Of a stretch of 64,000 bases of DNA, positions 8,532-18,866 are shown one piece after another; position 1 is the first letter of the stretch, and each line of letters begins with the position of its first letter. The stretch is taken from contig CBDAFS010000058.1 in NCBI GenBank assembly GCA_965195285.1, forward strand, positions 1-64,000, given 5' to 3'. The notes beneath the pieces were generated by a model. It was given only the letters and a program-made list of their open reading frames with translations, made no database searches and was not told where the DNA came from. Source of the stretch: an uncultured Aminicenantes bacterium (GTDB lineage: Bacteria > Acidobacteriota > Aminicenantia > UBA2199). The position numbers were made by a program, and so were the translations under genes.

Positions 8532-9410
8532 ATGAACAAAAGAAAAATTGAAAAACCGGTTGTTATTGTGGGTACCGGAAGAAATGGTTCAACGATTTTC
8601 CAAAGAATTCTTTCGGAGCATCCCCGGGTTTCATGGATATCCGGGCTTTCCAATAAATTTCCAGCCTTACCTGCATTAAACAAGCTGGTGATGAAAGCCG
8701 TTTCAATCCCGGTTATGGGGCGCGGTATAAGAAAAATACTAAAACCGAGTGAAGCTTATTACTTTTGGGAACAATATGTTAAGGGCTTTCACCTTCCCTG
8801 TAGAGATTTATTGGCTGATGATGTGACTCTTGCCGCTAAGGAAAATATTCACCGGGCCATGATAAAAGTTATTACTGCGAAGCGAAACCGGCTCTTGCTT
8901 AAAATAACCGGATGGCCCCGAATTGGATTTCTGAAGGAAATTTTTCCCAATGCAAAATTTGTTCATATTATTCGAGATGGACGAGCTGTGGTGAATTCCA
9001 TGATACATGTAGATTGGTGGTGGGGGTGGCGTGGTCCAACCAACTGGAGATGGGGAGAACTTCCCCCTCATTATGATGCAGAATGGGAATTCCATAATCG
9101 TTCATTTATTGCCCTGGCAGCAATTGAGTGGAAAATGTTACTGGATGCCTTTGAAAATGCCAAAAAGAATATAAATCCTGAAAATATCATGGAGATCAAA
9201 TATGAAGATCTTTGTCATCAACCTAATCTTGTTTTGGGAAATGTTTTAGAGTTTTGTGAATTGAAGAAGTGCAGGCGATTTGATAGGGCGGTTAACAGAA
9301 TTAATATTCAAAATAGAAATTTCAAATGGGAAGAGAACTTAACTGAAAATCAAAAATCGATCCTGCGAGAGGTTTTAAAAGAATATTTGATTCGATATGG
9401 TTACGGGTGA
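8532..9410 (+). CDS. Sulfotransferase
   Basis: GTGRNGST 5'-PSB; FPNAKFVHIIRDGRAVVNS 3'-PB; KYEDL. Confidence 0.85.
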   Translation: MNKRKIEKPVVIVGTGRNGSTIFQRILSEHPRVSWISGLSNKFPALPALNKLVMKAVSIPVMGRGIRKILKPSEAYYFWEQYVKGFHLPCRDLLADDVTLAAKENIHRAMIKVITAKRNRLLLKITGWPRIGFLKEIFPNAKFVHIIRDGRAVVNSMIHVDWWWGWRGPTNWRWGELPPHYDAEWEFHNRSFIALAAIEWKMLLDAFENAKKNINPENIMEIKYEDLCHQPNLVLGNVLEFCELKKCRRFDRAVNRINIQNRNFKWEENLTENQKSILREVLKEYLIRYGYG

Positions 9411-9436
9411 TTTTTTTTAAATACGTGTCTTGATCT

Positions 9437-10579
9437 ATGAAGCGCTTACTGATATCGTCCGGAATTTTTCCTCCTGAAACCGGTGGTCCCGGAACTTATG
9501 TTGAGGCTTTCGGGTATTGGTTGCAGAAAAAAAAATATAATATAACCGTGGTCACTGCCCTGAAGCAGGGATTGAAAAAAAAATATCCTTTTAAAATTGA
9601 AGTCATAAACAAGAAAGGGCAATGGGTATGGCACTGGAGAGTTTTTCTGAGATTATTCTGGCTGCTCAAGCATGAGGAAATTATTTATATTAACGGATTA
9701 TTCTTTGAATCTTTTTTTGCTGCTTTTTTAAGAAAAAAAAAATATGGATTGCGTATTGCCGGTGATCAGGTCTGGGAAAGGGCGGTTCGAAAAAAGTGGT
9801 CAGATAAGAATTTTCTTGACTTTCAACGTATTAGGGGAAATATGCAGGTTCGCTGCCTGAGGAAAATGAGAAAATTGATTTTGAACCGTGCCGACAAAAT
9901 TGTTGCGCCTTCTTTTTTTTTAGCCGGGGTAATTGAAAAATGGGGGATAAATAGGCAAAAAATTGAGGTGATATATAATCCCTATTCACCGGTAAAACCA
10001 GAACCTTTTGACCTTCCTGACAAAAAGAAAAACAGTATCAGAATAGTAACCGGAGGTCGACTTGTTTCCTGGAAGGGTATCGATCAGGTGATCAAGGCTT
10101 TGGGGTCCATTGAGAATGGATTTTTGTTGATATTTGGCGATGGCCCGGAGAGAAGAAAGCTTGAACAACTGGCTGCACAATTAACATTACAGAAAAGGGT
10201 TTGTTTTACCGGAAATCTTTCCCGGGCCCGGGTAAATTTTTTACTCTCCGAATCCGATTGCTTTATTTTAAATTCAACCTATGAAGGATTACCTCATATT
10301 ATTCTTGAAGCCATGGGTGCCGGTTGTCCGGTAATTGCAACAAATATAGGTGGCATTCCTGAGATCATTCAGGACACTGAAAATGGATTTTTGATCGAAC
10401 CGGGCAATGAATCTGCTTTGATTGCAGCTATTAACAGGATTAAAGATGATGGTGTATTAAATAGACAAATAGTTGAAGAAGGGCGAAGAACTATAAAGAA
10501 AAACTTTTATATTGACAAATTATTTCAAAAGACAGAGCGTATTTTCCAAGAATTTGCGAATGGCCAACAAAAAAATTAA
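9437..10579 (+). CDS. GT4 glycosyltransferase
   Basis: FPPETGGP, GRLVSWKG, EGLPHIILEAM (EX7E). Confidence 0.9.
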   Translation: MKRLLISSGIFPPETGGPGTYVEAFGYWLQKKKYNITVVTALKQGLKKKYPFKIEVINKKGQWVWHWRVFLRLFWLLKHEEIIYINGLFFESFFAAFLRKKKYGLRIAGDQVWERAVRKKWSDKNFLDFQRIRGNMQVRCLRKMRKLILNRADKIVAPSFFLAGVIEKWGINRQKIEVIYNPYSPVKPEPFDLPDKKKNSIRIVTGGRLVSWKGIDQVIKALGSIENGFLLIFGDGPERRKLEQLAAQLTLQKRVCFTGNLSRARVNFLLSESDCFILNSTYEGLPHIILEAMGAGCPVIATNIGGIPEIIQDTENGFLIEPGNESALIAAINRIKDDGVLNRQIVEEGRRTIKKNFYIDKLFQKTERIFQEFANGQQKN

Positions 10580-11690
10580 AATTTTGTTTATAGGCGGAAC
10601 CCGTTATTCCCAACCTTTGAATCCGACTCAGGAAAAGAAGATGAAAGCCTTATCGGAAAAGCTTGATGTGACCTGTATTGGGTTTAACCAGGAGAAGGGT
10701 AATTTGCACTTTTTTCAACATGCGGATTTTTATTTGATTTCTTCAAAAATCATTAACTATGTCCGGCAATTTTATTTTTTACTTTTTGCATTCTTTAAGG
10801 GTTTATCTATAATAAAAAAAAAATCTGTGCAATTGGTCATATGCCAATCGCCATTTGAAGGTATTTCAGGAGTTTTGTTAAAAAAAATTCTGAAAAAAAC
10901 AAAGTTGATAATCGAGATTCATGGAGAGTGGGACAAAGCTCCGGCAGCCTACAAACGATTGAATAAAAAGATTAAATGGATAAGTGATTATATTGGAGGA
11001 TGGACAATCAGAAATTGTGATGCATTAAGAGTTATTTCAAAATCAATTCTTGATATATTTAGTAATTTCAAGAAAAAAATATTTATTTTTCCTGCTTACA
11101 CAGATATCGAAATGTTTTTAAATACTGCTGAGAAAAAAATAATATCTCACCGTTTTATTTATGTCGGGCAATTGGTTAGATTAAAAGGAATAGACACCAT
11201 TATTGAAGCAGTTGGGATTTTAAAGCAAAAAGGTATTAAAGTAGAGGTTTTATTAATTGGTAAAGGCGAAGATATTAATTGGTTTAAGAAATTTATCAAA
11301 AAAACAGGATTAGAAGCGGAGTTTATGTTTATAGGCTTTAAGAATCAGAAAGATGTGGCCGAACTAATAAAAACATCGATTGCATTATTAATACCTTCGA
11401 TTACAGAAGGGTTTGGCAGAGTTATTATTGAGGCATTTGCCTGTTCAAGATCGGTTATTGGAAGCAAGGTGGGGGGTATTCCTGAGTTAATTGAAGTGGA
11501 TAAAACCGGTCTTTTGGTTGAGCCCGGGAGTACAGAGGATTTGGCAGACAAACTTATATTTGCTTTAGAGAATCCTGAGGACATGAAAAGAATGGGAGAA
11601 AAGGGTAAAGAATTTGTGGTAAACAATTTCAGCACTCAAAAGTATGTTGATAATTATTATTCTATGATTAGCAATATAATAAATATCTAA
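10560..11690 (+). CDS. GT4 glycosyltransferase
   Basis: GQLVRLKG, EGFGRVIIEAF, VGGIPE; start moved to ATG 10560. Confidence 0.9.
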   Translation: MANKKIKILFIGGTRYSQPLNPTQEKKMKALSEKLDVTCIGFNQEKGNLHFFQHADFYLISSKIINYVRQFYFLLFAFFKGLSIIKKKSVQLVICQSPFEGISGVLLKKILKKTKLIIEIHGEWDKAPAAYKRLNKKIKWISDYIGGWTIRNCDALRVISKSILDIFSNFKKKIFIFPAYTDIEMFLNTAEKKIISHRFIYVGQLVRLKGIDTIIEAVGILKQKGIKVEVLLIGKGEDINWFKKFIKKTGLEAEFMFIGFKNQKDVAELIKTSIALLIPSITEGFGRVIIEAFACSRSVIGSKVGGIPELIEVDKTGLLVEPGSTEDLADKLIFALENPEDMKRMGEKGKEFVVNNFSTQKYVDNYYSMISNIINI

Positions 11691-12776
11691 ATGAATCTAC
11701 TCTGGTTTAATTTGAAAGTCGATGAAAATGATCAACTTCTGGCTTTTGCCCTGGACTGGATAAATAAAATGGCGGAGAAAGTTGACAAAATCATTGTCCT
11801 TACAATGGAAAAAAGAGAATATAGTTTAAGAAATAATGTTGTGGTTTATTCAGTGGGGAAAGAAAAAGGATATTCAGAGTTAAGGAGATTTTTTGTTTTT
11901 TACAGATTGTTGTTTAGAATTTTAAAAAAAGAAAAGATTGATGTTGTTTTTTCCCATATGATTACCATATTTTCCTTTTTGTCCCTTCCGTTTTTAAAAA
12001 TGAGAAATATTCCTCTTTTTTCCTGGTATTCACATTTTCATATTGGATTTTTATCAAAAATAGCCCTTCAATTTTCAAGCTGTGTTATAACAGCTTCAAA
12101 TGAGGTATATTCAGCTTTTCAAAATAAATCTGTACTCACCGGACATGGGGTTGATGTTGCTTCCATTTTTTCACATGAATTTTCTTATTTAAAGCAGGGT
12201 ATAAATATATTTCTTACTATTGGAAGAATATCACCGGTTAAAGATTACGAAACACTTATTGAGGCAACAAATCTCCTTCAACGGGAAAATACTGATAATT
12301 TCGTTATAAAAATTTTTGGAGCTCCTCCGGAGAGGGATATTTCCTATTTTAAGGATCTTAAAAAAAAAGTTAAAAAACTAAACTTAGAAAACTCGATACA
12401 TTTTTTAGGCCCTGTCCCTTTCAAAGAATTACCAGATCATCTTTCGAAGGGCGATTTGTTTATAAATATGCAGGGTAAGGGCGGAGTTGGAAAATCAGTT
12501 GTTGAGGCAATGGCAGCTGGCTTACCTGTAATTATTTGCACAGATGCATTTGATATTGAATTTGGAAAAGTAAAAGAATTGCTTGTGTTTGAAGAGAGAA
12601 ATCCTGTTGATCTTGCTTCAAAAATGAAAAGATTTTTGATGTTACCTGATGATGAGAAGAAACGATTAAGTGCTTTAATGAGAAGTATATCAAAAAAACA
12701 CAGCCTCGATGATTTGATAAATAAAATATTCGAATTACTGAAAAAAGGAAAATGTAAAATTGAAAAAAATGAATAG
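11691..12776 (+). CDS. GT4 glycosyltransferase
   Basis: GRISPVKD, GGVGKSVVEAMAAGLPV. Confidence 0.85.
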   Translation: MNLLWFNLKVDENDQLLAFALDWINKMAEKVDKIIVLTMEKREYSLRNNVVVYSVGKEKGYSELRRFFVFYRLLFRILKKEKIDVVFSHMITIFSFLSLPFLKMRNIPLFSWYSHFHIGFLSKIALQFSSCVITASNEVYSAFQNKSVLTGHGVDVASIFSHEFSYLKQGINIFLTIGRISPVKDYETLIEATNLLQRENTDNFVIKIFGAPPERDISYFKDLKKKVKKLNLENSIHFLGPVPFKELPDHLSKGDLFINMQGKGGVGKSVVEAMAAGLPVIICTDAFDIEFGKVKELLVFEERNPVDLASKMKRFLMLPDDEKKRLSALMRSISKKHSLDDLINKIFELLKKGKCKIEKNE

Positions 12777-13970
12777 ATGAAATATAGAATTTGCTTTATT
12801 TATTCAGGGCGCTTTCCCACAGAAAAAGCGCACGGATACCAGGTTATTAAAATGTGCGAGGCTTTTTCTAAAGAAAATGACATTTTACTTTTATTCCCAA
12901 AAAGAAGGAATACAAAAGAGTTAAAAAAAGTAAAAGAAATTTTTTCATATTATGCCCTGGATGGATACTTTGAGAAGAAAAAAATGTTCTGTCTGGATAT
13001 TGGAATAATGCAAAAACTGAAAATGGATAAATTATGGTTTTTTATTCATTCGATTTCATATTCCATAGGGATTTCATTATGGATACTTTGTCACAGGAAA
13101 GAATTTGATATTATTTATTCGAGAGATCATTTTTCACTCTGTTTTCTTTCATTTATCAGGAAGTTTCTTAACTCAGAGACTTCAATTATTTATGAAACAC
13201 ATACTTTTCCTCAAAACAAAAAAAGTTTCAGGGTTAGATTGGCTAAAAAAGTGGATAAAATAGTGGTGGTTACGAAAAAAATAAAAGAATTATATGCAGA
13301 GGCAGGGATAAATGAAAATAAAATCATTGTAGAACCGGATGCGGTTGATCTTGATAAATTTAACCTTTCTATTTCAATGCAAAAAGCAAGAGAGGATTTG
13401 AATATTCCGACAGACATAAGAATAGCCTCCTTTGTGGGTAATTTTCATACCATGGAGATGGAAAAAGGAATACCTGAGATCATTGAATCTGCTAAATATT
13501 TGATTGATGAATTTTCAGACCTGTATTTTTATTTTATTGGCGGCCCACTGGATCGTGAAAAAAAGTATCGACACATTATAAAGAACAAAAATTTACCTCA
13601 GAAAAAATTTGTTTTTCTGAAAAAGCAACCAATAAAAGATGTTCCTTTATGGTTAAAAGCCAGTGATATTTTGTTAATGCCATTTCCGAAGAATAATCAT
13701 TTTTCATATTTCATGTCGCCTCTTAAGATGTTTGAATATATGGCATCAAAACGTCCGATTGTGGGATCTAAGTTGCCGGCCGTTGAGGAAATTCTTTCTG
13801 ATAAAAAAAATGCTTTACTGGGAAAACCAGGCGAACCGAAAAGTATTGCAAAAAATATTCAAACATTACTATTAAATCAACAATTAAGTAAAAAATTGGC
13901 TGAAAATGCTTTTCAAGATATACAAAAATACACCTGGGAGAAAAGGGCAAGAAGGATTTTAAAAGTCTAA
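12777..13970 (+). CDS. GT4 glycosyltransferase
   Basis: SPLKMFEYMASKRPIV, YTWEKRA. Confidence 0.9.
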   Translation: MKYRICFIYSGRFPTEKAHGYQVIKMCEAFSKENDILLLFPKRRNTKELKKVKEIFSYYALDGYFEKKKMFCLDIGIMQKLKMDKLWFFIHSISYSIGISLWILCHRKEFDIIYSRDHFSLCFLSFIRKFLNSETSIIYETHTFPQNKKSFRVRLAKKVDKIVVVTKKIKELYAEAGINENKIIVEPDAVDLDKFNLSISMQKAREDLNIPTDIRIASFVGNFHTMEMEKGIPEIIESAKYLIDEFSDLYFYFIGGPLDREKKYRHIIKNKNLPQKKFVFLKKQPIKDVPLWLKASDILLMPFPKNNHFSYFMSPLKMFEYMASKRPIVGSKLPAVEEILSDKKNALLGKPGEPKSIAKNIQTLLLNQQLSKKLAENAFQDIQKYTWEKRARRILKV

Positions 13971-13979
13971 ATTCAGGTT

Positions 13980-15311
13980 ATGATGTTAAAGTTGATAAAA
14001 AGTCAGAGATTAAAAAATTTAATAAAAAATTCAGGAACTCTTTTTGTTGGTTCCCAGTTTCAAACCCTACTTCTTTTTTTTCAAAGTATTATTGTTGCCA
14101 GATCACTTGGAGTTATTGAATATGGAAAATGGGCTATTGTAGTTACACTATGCGGATTGGTCATGAATTTTTCAACCTTCAGAACCAGCGATGTTTTAGG
14201 GAAATATATCGTTGAACTTAGGGTAAAAAAGGAATTTTCCGTTTTAGCGGTAGTAATAAAAAAATCGTTATTCGTTGATTTTATTACTCGTTTAGGAGCA
14301 ATATTTTTAATTTTATTGTTTTCCTTCAGTGGGTCAGCATTATTTAAAGGGCCTGAAAGTATTACAATTTACCTATTGTATGGCTTTTCCCTTTCTTTTC
14401 AATTTATCAATGCTACCTGGTTTTGCCTGGAAAGGGATAATTTCAATTATAAAATCATAGCCATGTTAAATTTTTTAATAGCATTTCTAAGGTTGGTTTT
14501 AATTGTTTATTTTTTCCTCATATTAAAAAAAATCAATTTGACTTTTCTTGCCTTTTCTTTTTTATTCAGCAGCGGAATCGTTATTATTGTTAAAATCATA
14601 AGGATTGAAAGACTGCTTAATAATTACGGGCAAAATTCACTAAAAACAATCATGATAGCCAAATCTGATACGATAATAAAAAGCTATCCAGTTTATAAAG
14701 AGTACTGGCAATTTATGAAAACCACCTATTTCTCAAATATTTTTTCTTCAATGATAAAGCAAATGGATATCCTGGCAGTTGGATATTTTTTTTCTTCTGA
14801 AAGTGTGGGACTGTTGAGACTTGCAAAAAACATTTCAAAAATAATCCAGGAGTTTGCCACCAGTATGTCTAAACCCCTGTACCAGGATTTTAATGAATTA
14901 ATAGAAATTGGGAAAAAAAGTAAAATATTATCTTTTTTACGAAAAAACCTGAAATATTATTTGATAATACTTTTTTTTACACTGCTTTCTGTATCTCTTT
15001 TCATTAAACCCTTTATTGTTTTTGTATATGGTAATGAATACATTGTGGCATCAAAAATATTTAGAATATACTTGATTTTGGTATTTTTATTTGTCGGTTT
15101 TTTTTGGATAGATCCTCTTGTACTTGCTTTAAAAGGATGGAAATTTAAAATGAAAACCCTGCTTGTTGGTTTGATTTTTTATTTTCTTTTGATAGTTGTT
15201 TTATCCAAATTCCTAAACCTATATGGAATTATTATTTCCTATTTATTGGTTGTATCCTTCATTAATATTCTCCTTTATAAATATATAAAGAAAAACATAT
15301 CATCACCTTAA
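13980..15311 (+). CDS. wzx: Wzx-type oligosaccharide flippase
   Basis: About 12 TM helices; ARSLGVIEYG; D...VG.F.S...VG motif. Confidence 0.8.
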   Translation: MMLKLIKSQRLKNLIKNSGTLFVGSQFQTLLLFFQSIIVARSLGVIEYGKWAIVVTLCGLVMNFSTFRTSDVLGKYIVELRVKKEFSVLAVVIKKSLFVDFITRLGAIFLILLFSFSGSALFKGPESITIYLLYGFSLSFQFINATWFCLERDNFNYKIIAMLNFLIAFLRLVLIVYFFLILKKINLTFLAFSFLFSSGIVIIVKIIRIERLLNNYGQNSLKTIMIAKSDTIIKSYPVYKEYWQFMKTTYFSNIFSSMIKQMDILAVGYFFSSESVGLLRLAKNISKIIQEFATSMSKPLYQDFNELIEIGKKSKILSFLRKNLKYYLIILFFTLLSVSLFIKPFIVFVYGNEYIVASKIFRIYLILVFLFVGFFWIDPLVLALKGWKFKMKTLLVGLIFYFLLIVVLSKFLNLYGIIISYLLVVSFINILLYKYIKKNISSP

Positions 15312-15340
15312 CAATGAATTTTTTCAAAGTTGTGCACTAA

Positions 15341-16060
15341 ATGAGCGTATTATTAAAGATCAAACATAAGCTTAAGCAAACTTTTAAACAAATATTCTGG
15401 AGGCCCAAGGTTGACTTAAGTTTTAATTATGAAAAGTATTGGGAGAAACGGCGCCCCAAAAGAAATACGGAGGTCACTTCATTTCAAAAAAAAAGATTGG
15501 ATTGGATTAAAGAGAGAATAATTACTGGGAGTACGGTTCTTGATTATGGATGTGGAGATGGAACCGGAATTGTATATTTAAAAAATAAAATTAATATAAA
15601 TGGAATAGGGGCAGAAATATGTTCATATGCTTTTGATTATTTGCAGGATGAGAATGTTAAAACAATAAAACTTAATTCAAAGGAAAACGAAAATTTAGAA
15701 GAAATTATAAAAAATGCAGATTACATTTTGTTACTTGAAGTATTAGAGCATCTTAGGGATCCTGAAACCCTATTAATTAAATTTGTTAATGGTGTAAAAA
15801 AAGGAGTTTTTTTTTCTATTCCGAATACCGGGTATTTCGTTTATAGAATCAGGCTCCTCTTTGGAAGTTTTCCAGTTCAATGGCGGTTACATCCTTGTGA
15901 ACACTTGCGGTTCTGGACTTTAAGAGACCTGAAATGGTGGTTAAATGTTCTGGGAATATTTGATAATGCTGAGATTAAAGTATATGAAGGAATACCTGTT
16001 TTGAACAAAATTTTCCCATCACTTTTTGGAATGGGTTTTATTGTTTTTATTAAAAAATGA
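15341..16060 (+). CDS. Class I SAM-dependent methyltransferase (MetW-like fold)
   Basis: VLDYGCGDG, EVLEHL.DP, SIPN. Confidence 0.85.
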   Translation: MSVLLKIKHKLKQTFKQIFWRPKVDLSFNYEKYWEKRRPKRNTEVTSFQKKRLDWIKERIITGSTVLDYGCGDGTGIVYLKNKININGIGAEICSYAFDYLQDENVKTIKLNSKENENLEEIIKNADYILLLEVLEHLRDPETLLIKFVNGVKKGVFFSIPNTGYFVYRIRLLFGSFPVQWRLHPCEHLRFWTLRDLKWWLNVLGIFDNAEIKVYEGIPVLNKIFPSLFGMGFIVFIKK

Positions 16061-17181
16061 ATTTACTTTTTATTACAAAGGAAGTTAATCTTTTATCAGG
16101 TTGGGGAGTCATATCATATAATATATTAAAAGAAGCAGTAAAAGACAATTCGGTTACCGTAATGACCTTGAAGAATGCAAAAAATGTTCCAATTTATGGG
16201 GTTAAAACAATTCCTTTATCTTTATTAAAAAATTTAAATAAAAGTAAAACATTTATTTATTTAACTTTGTTTATAAATAAATTAATTAAAAAAAATAAAA
16301 TTGATTTAACTAAAATAGATATAATACATTGTTTAACTGAGCCACTGTTGCCTTTAGCATATTTTCTTAGAAAAATGAAGAAACAGAAAATAGTTCTTCA
16401 CATTGTCGGCTCCTATTCTATAATACCTTTTTTAAAAAATAATATATTTGAAAAATTTTTTATTAACAGGATTGATGGCGGAATTGCAATTAGTGAGTAT
16501 TCAAAAAATATATTTTTAAAATATTTTGGGGGTACCGCATTAATAAAAAATTGTAAATTGGGAGTTGACAGAAATATTTTTAAAAAAAAATCCGGTGTAA
16601 ATAGAGAGAAAATAATCGTGTCTATAGGAAGTTTGAGGGTCAGGAGAAAGGGGATCAAATATTCTCTACGTGCATTTAGAAAAATTTCATTAGAATTTCC
16701 AGATATCAATTATATTATCCTTGAGAATAATAAAAAAAATGACAGTCATAGATTAGAATTAATAAAATATATAGAAGAGAATAATTTAAAAAGCAGGGTA
16801 AAAATCTTATTTAACGTTTCTCAAGAAGAATTAATTGAGATTTATAATAAGGCTCTATTTCATATATTGCCATCCATTAATTCAGGATTAAAATTTGAAG
16901 GGTTTGGATTAGTTCATCTGGAAGCGAATGCTTGTGGAATTCCTTCTATAGGTTCAAGGGATTGTGGAAATGAGGATGCGATAATTGATGGGAAAACAGG
17001 TTTTTTGTGTAACCAAAGAGATGTCGAGGATATCTATAGTAAAATGAAGATTATTCTTATAGAAAAGGAAAAATACAATTTAATGTGCGAAAATTCATTA
17101 ACATTTTCAAAAGAAATGTCCTGGGAAAGGGTTTTTAAATGTATAGAAAATGTTTATACTAATTTAAACAAAAAAGAATAG
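16057..17181 (+). CDS. GT4 glycosyltransferase
   Basis: RKG, EGFGLVHLEANACGIP, DGKTGFL. Confidence 0.9.
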   Translation: MNLLFITKEVNLLSGWGVISYNILKEAVKDNSVTVMTLKNAKNVPIYGVKTIPLSLLKNLNKSKTFIYLTLFINKLIKKNKIDLTKIDIIHCLTEPLLPLAYFLRKMKKQKIVLHIVGSYSIIPFLKNNIFEKFFINRIDGGIAISEYSKNIFLKYFGGTALIKNCKLGVDRNIFKKKSGVNREKIIVSIGSLRVRRKGIKYSLRAFRKISLEFPDINYIILENNKKNDSHRLELIKYIEENNLKSRVKILFNVSQEELIEIYNKALFHILPSINSGLKFEGFGLVHLEANACGIPSIGSRDCGNEDAIIDGKTGFLCNQRDVEDIYSKMKIILIEKEKYNLMCENSLTFSKEMSWERVFKCIENVYTNLNKKE

Positions 17182-17185
17182 AAAA

Positions 17186-17941
17186 TTGAAAGATATTAAA
17201 ACGATACATTCTGAGTTTTATGACCTTGAATATTTTTTATCCATGGAATATAGATATTATTCGGGAGCACATAATTCGAGAATCAAAAATATTCTCAATT
17301 GTATTGGAGACGTTAAGAATTTAAAAGGACTTGATATCGGATGTGGCGGGGGTTATTTTGTAAATACTCTGAACGAAATGGGAGCTCAAGTCATGGGAAT
17401 AGATTATTCATCTTCTGCAATTCAATTTGGAAAAAGCCGCTTTCCTCACCTGAATTTAAAAATACAATCGGTTTATAACCTGAGTAATTTTGATGATAAT
17501 TCATTTGACTTTGTGACATTAATTGATGTTATAGAACATATAAACAACCATGATCAGATTATGTCAGAAATATTTAGATTGTTAAAGCCAGGAGGGGCTT
17601 TAATAATTTCTACAGATTTTGGAGATAGTTATTGGAAAAAATCTATAATTTCAAGAATTATCTGGTTTACAAATTGCTTTTCAAAAAACGGGAGAGCTTA
17701 TAGGTTAATAAAAAAAGTTGAGAGTAAAAGGAAAAGAATAAAAAATTATCATAAATCGCATATCTGTGAATTTACAAGCGAAAAATTAAAAAGTCTTTTA
17801 ATAAAAAATGGATTCATTCAAAAAAAGCATTTTGTATATCCAATGGTTGGAGTTTTTATAAGAGATGTTTTCTTAAAATTCTTACCTAAAAGGATAAGGG
17901 GCGATCATCAATGTGTTGTTGCAGAAAAAAAGTCAACATAA
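17186..17941 (+). CDS. Class I SAM-dependent methyltransferase
   Basis: LDIGCGGG, DVIEHI, RLLKPGG. Confidence 0.85.
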   Translation: MKDIKTIHSEFYDLEYFLSMEYRYYSGAHNSRIKNILNCIGDVKNLKGLDIGCGGGYFVNTLNEMGAQVMGIDYSSSAIQFGKSRFPHLNLKIQSVYNLSNFDDNSFDFVTLIDVIEHINNHDQIMSEIFRLLKPGGALIISTDFGDSYWKKSIISRIIWFTNCFSKNGRAYRLIKKVESKRKRIKNYHKSHICEFTSEKLKSLLIKNGFIQKKHFVYPMVGVFIRDVFLKFLPKRIRGDHQCVVAEKKST

Positions 17942-18047
17942 ATTTTAAATTAATTAAATGGCTAATAACAGAGTAATTTGTATGAAAAAATGAAAAAAGG
18001 ATATTTTTGATATGTGAAAAGGTTTAATGAGTAAAACAAACTAAAGA

Positions 18048-18845
18048 ATGAAGAAAATATTTATTGTAGGTGTTGCCCATTCCGGAACCACCATTCTTTA
18101 CAAGATGCTGGCCTATCATCCAGAGCTGGCCTGGTTCTGTCAATTTTCTCAACGAAGGGGAAGAATTCCGGGAAGGAAACGAATTCCCTTTTCAGATTTT
18201 TATAAGAGGAACCTCAGTAAGCTGATTAAGTATTCCTGGAAAAAGGGGAAAACCTATTTATGGATCCCCAGGCCCGGTGAGGCCTGGAGTTTTTTAAATT
18301 TTGCTTTTCTGGCCGAGGATCAAAATGAGCAGAAAGGGAGACTTCAAACCATAGTGGAAGATGAACTGGAAAGTTGGAAAAAGACAAACATTATTATAAA
18401 GAATCCGGAACTGACTATGAAAATGGAATTGCTTCAAGATACTTTTTCCCAGGATGCGATTTTTATTCATATTGTTCGGGATGGAAGGGCAGTTATCCTT
18501 TCGAATCTCCACAAGTTCCAACGTTTTTATCCGGAATCCGAAGCCCTGGATCGGGCAATATCCTATTGGTGCGACCACATGGATGCCGCTATCCGGTTTA
18601 AAAAAATGACTGAAGGACCCAATGTTCTGGTTTTGCGTTATGAGGATTTTATTAAAGATATTCATTCAAACCTGAAATCGGTTTTTCGGCTGGGTAAACT
18701 TGACCATAAGATATTTGATTATAGCCGGGTCCCTGTCTCCTTATCATCAACCAATTCCAAGTGGATAAATGATCAGAATTCCGTATTGATAGAAAGAATC
18801 GAGGAAAGGGCTTTTAAATATTTAAAATATTTTGAATATCTATGA
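18048..18845 (+). CDS. Sulfotransferase
   Basis: IFIVGVAHSGTT, FIHIVRDGRAVILS, RYEDF. Confidence 0.85.
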   Translation: MKKIFIVGVAHSGTTILYKMLAYHPELAWFCQFSQRRGRIPGRKRIPFSDFYKRNLSKLIKYSWKKGKTYLWIPRPGEAWSFLNFAFLAEDQNEQKGRLQTIVEDELESWKKTNIIIKNPELTMKMELLQDTFSQDAIFIHIVRDGRAVILSNLHKFQRFYPESEALDRAISYWCDHMDAAIRFKKMTEGPNVLVLRYEDFIKDIHSNLKSVFRLGKLDHKIFDYSRVPVSLSSTNSKWINDQNSVLIERIEERAFKYLKYFEYL

Positions 18846-18866
18846 AATTCAAACCCATGTCCTAAG

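Noticed and set aside
9527-9742. A9-A10 tracts in the first GT4 as phase-variation sites
   Set aside because: They are in-frame Lys runs (KKKY), and similar A/T runs occur throughout this AT-rich window, including housekeeping genes.
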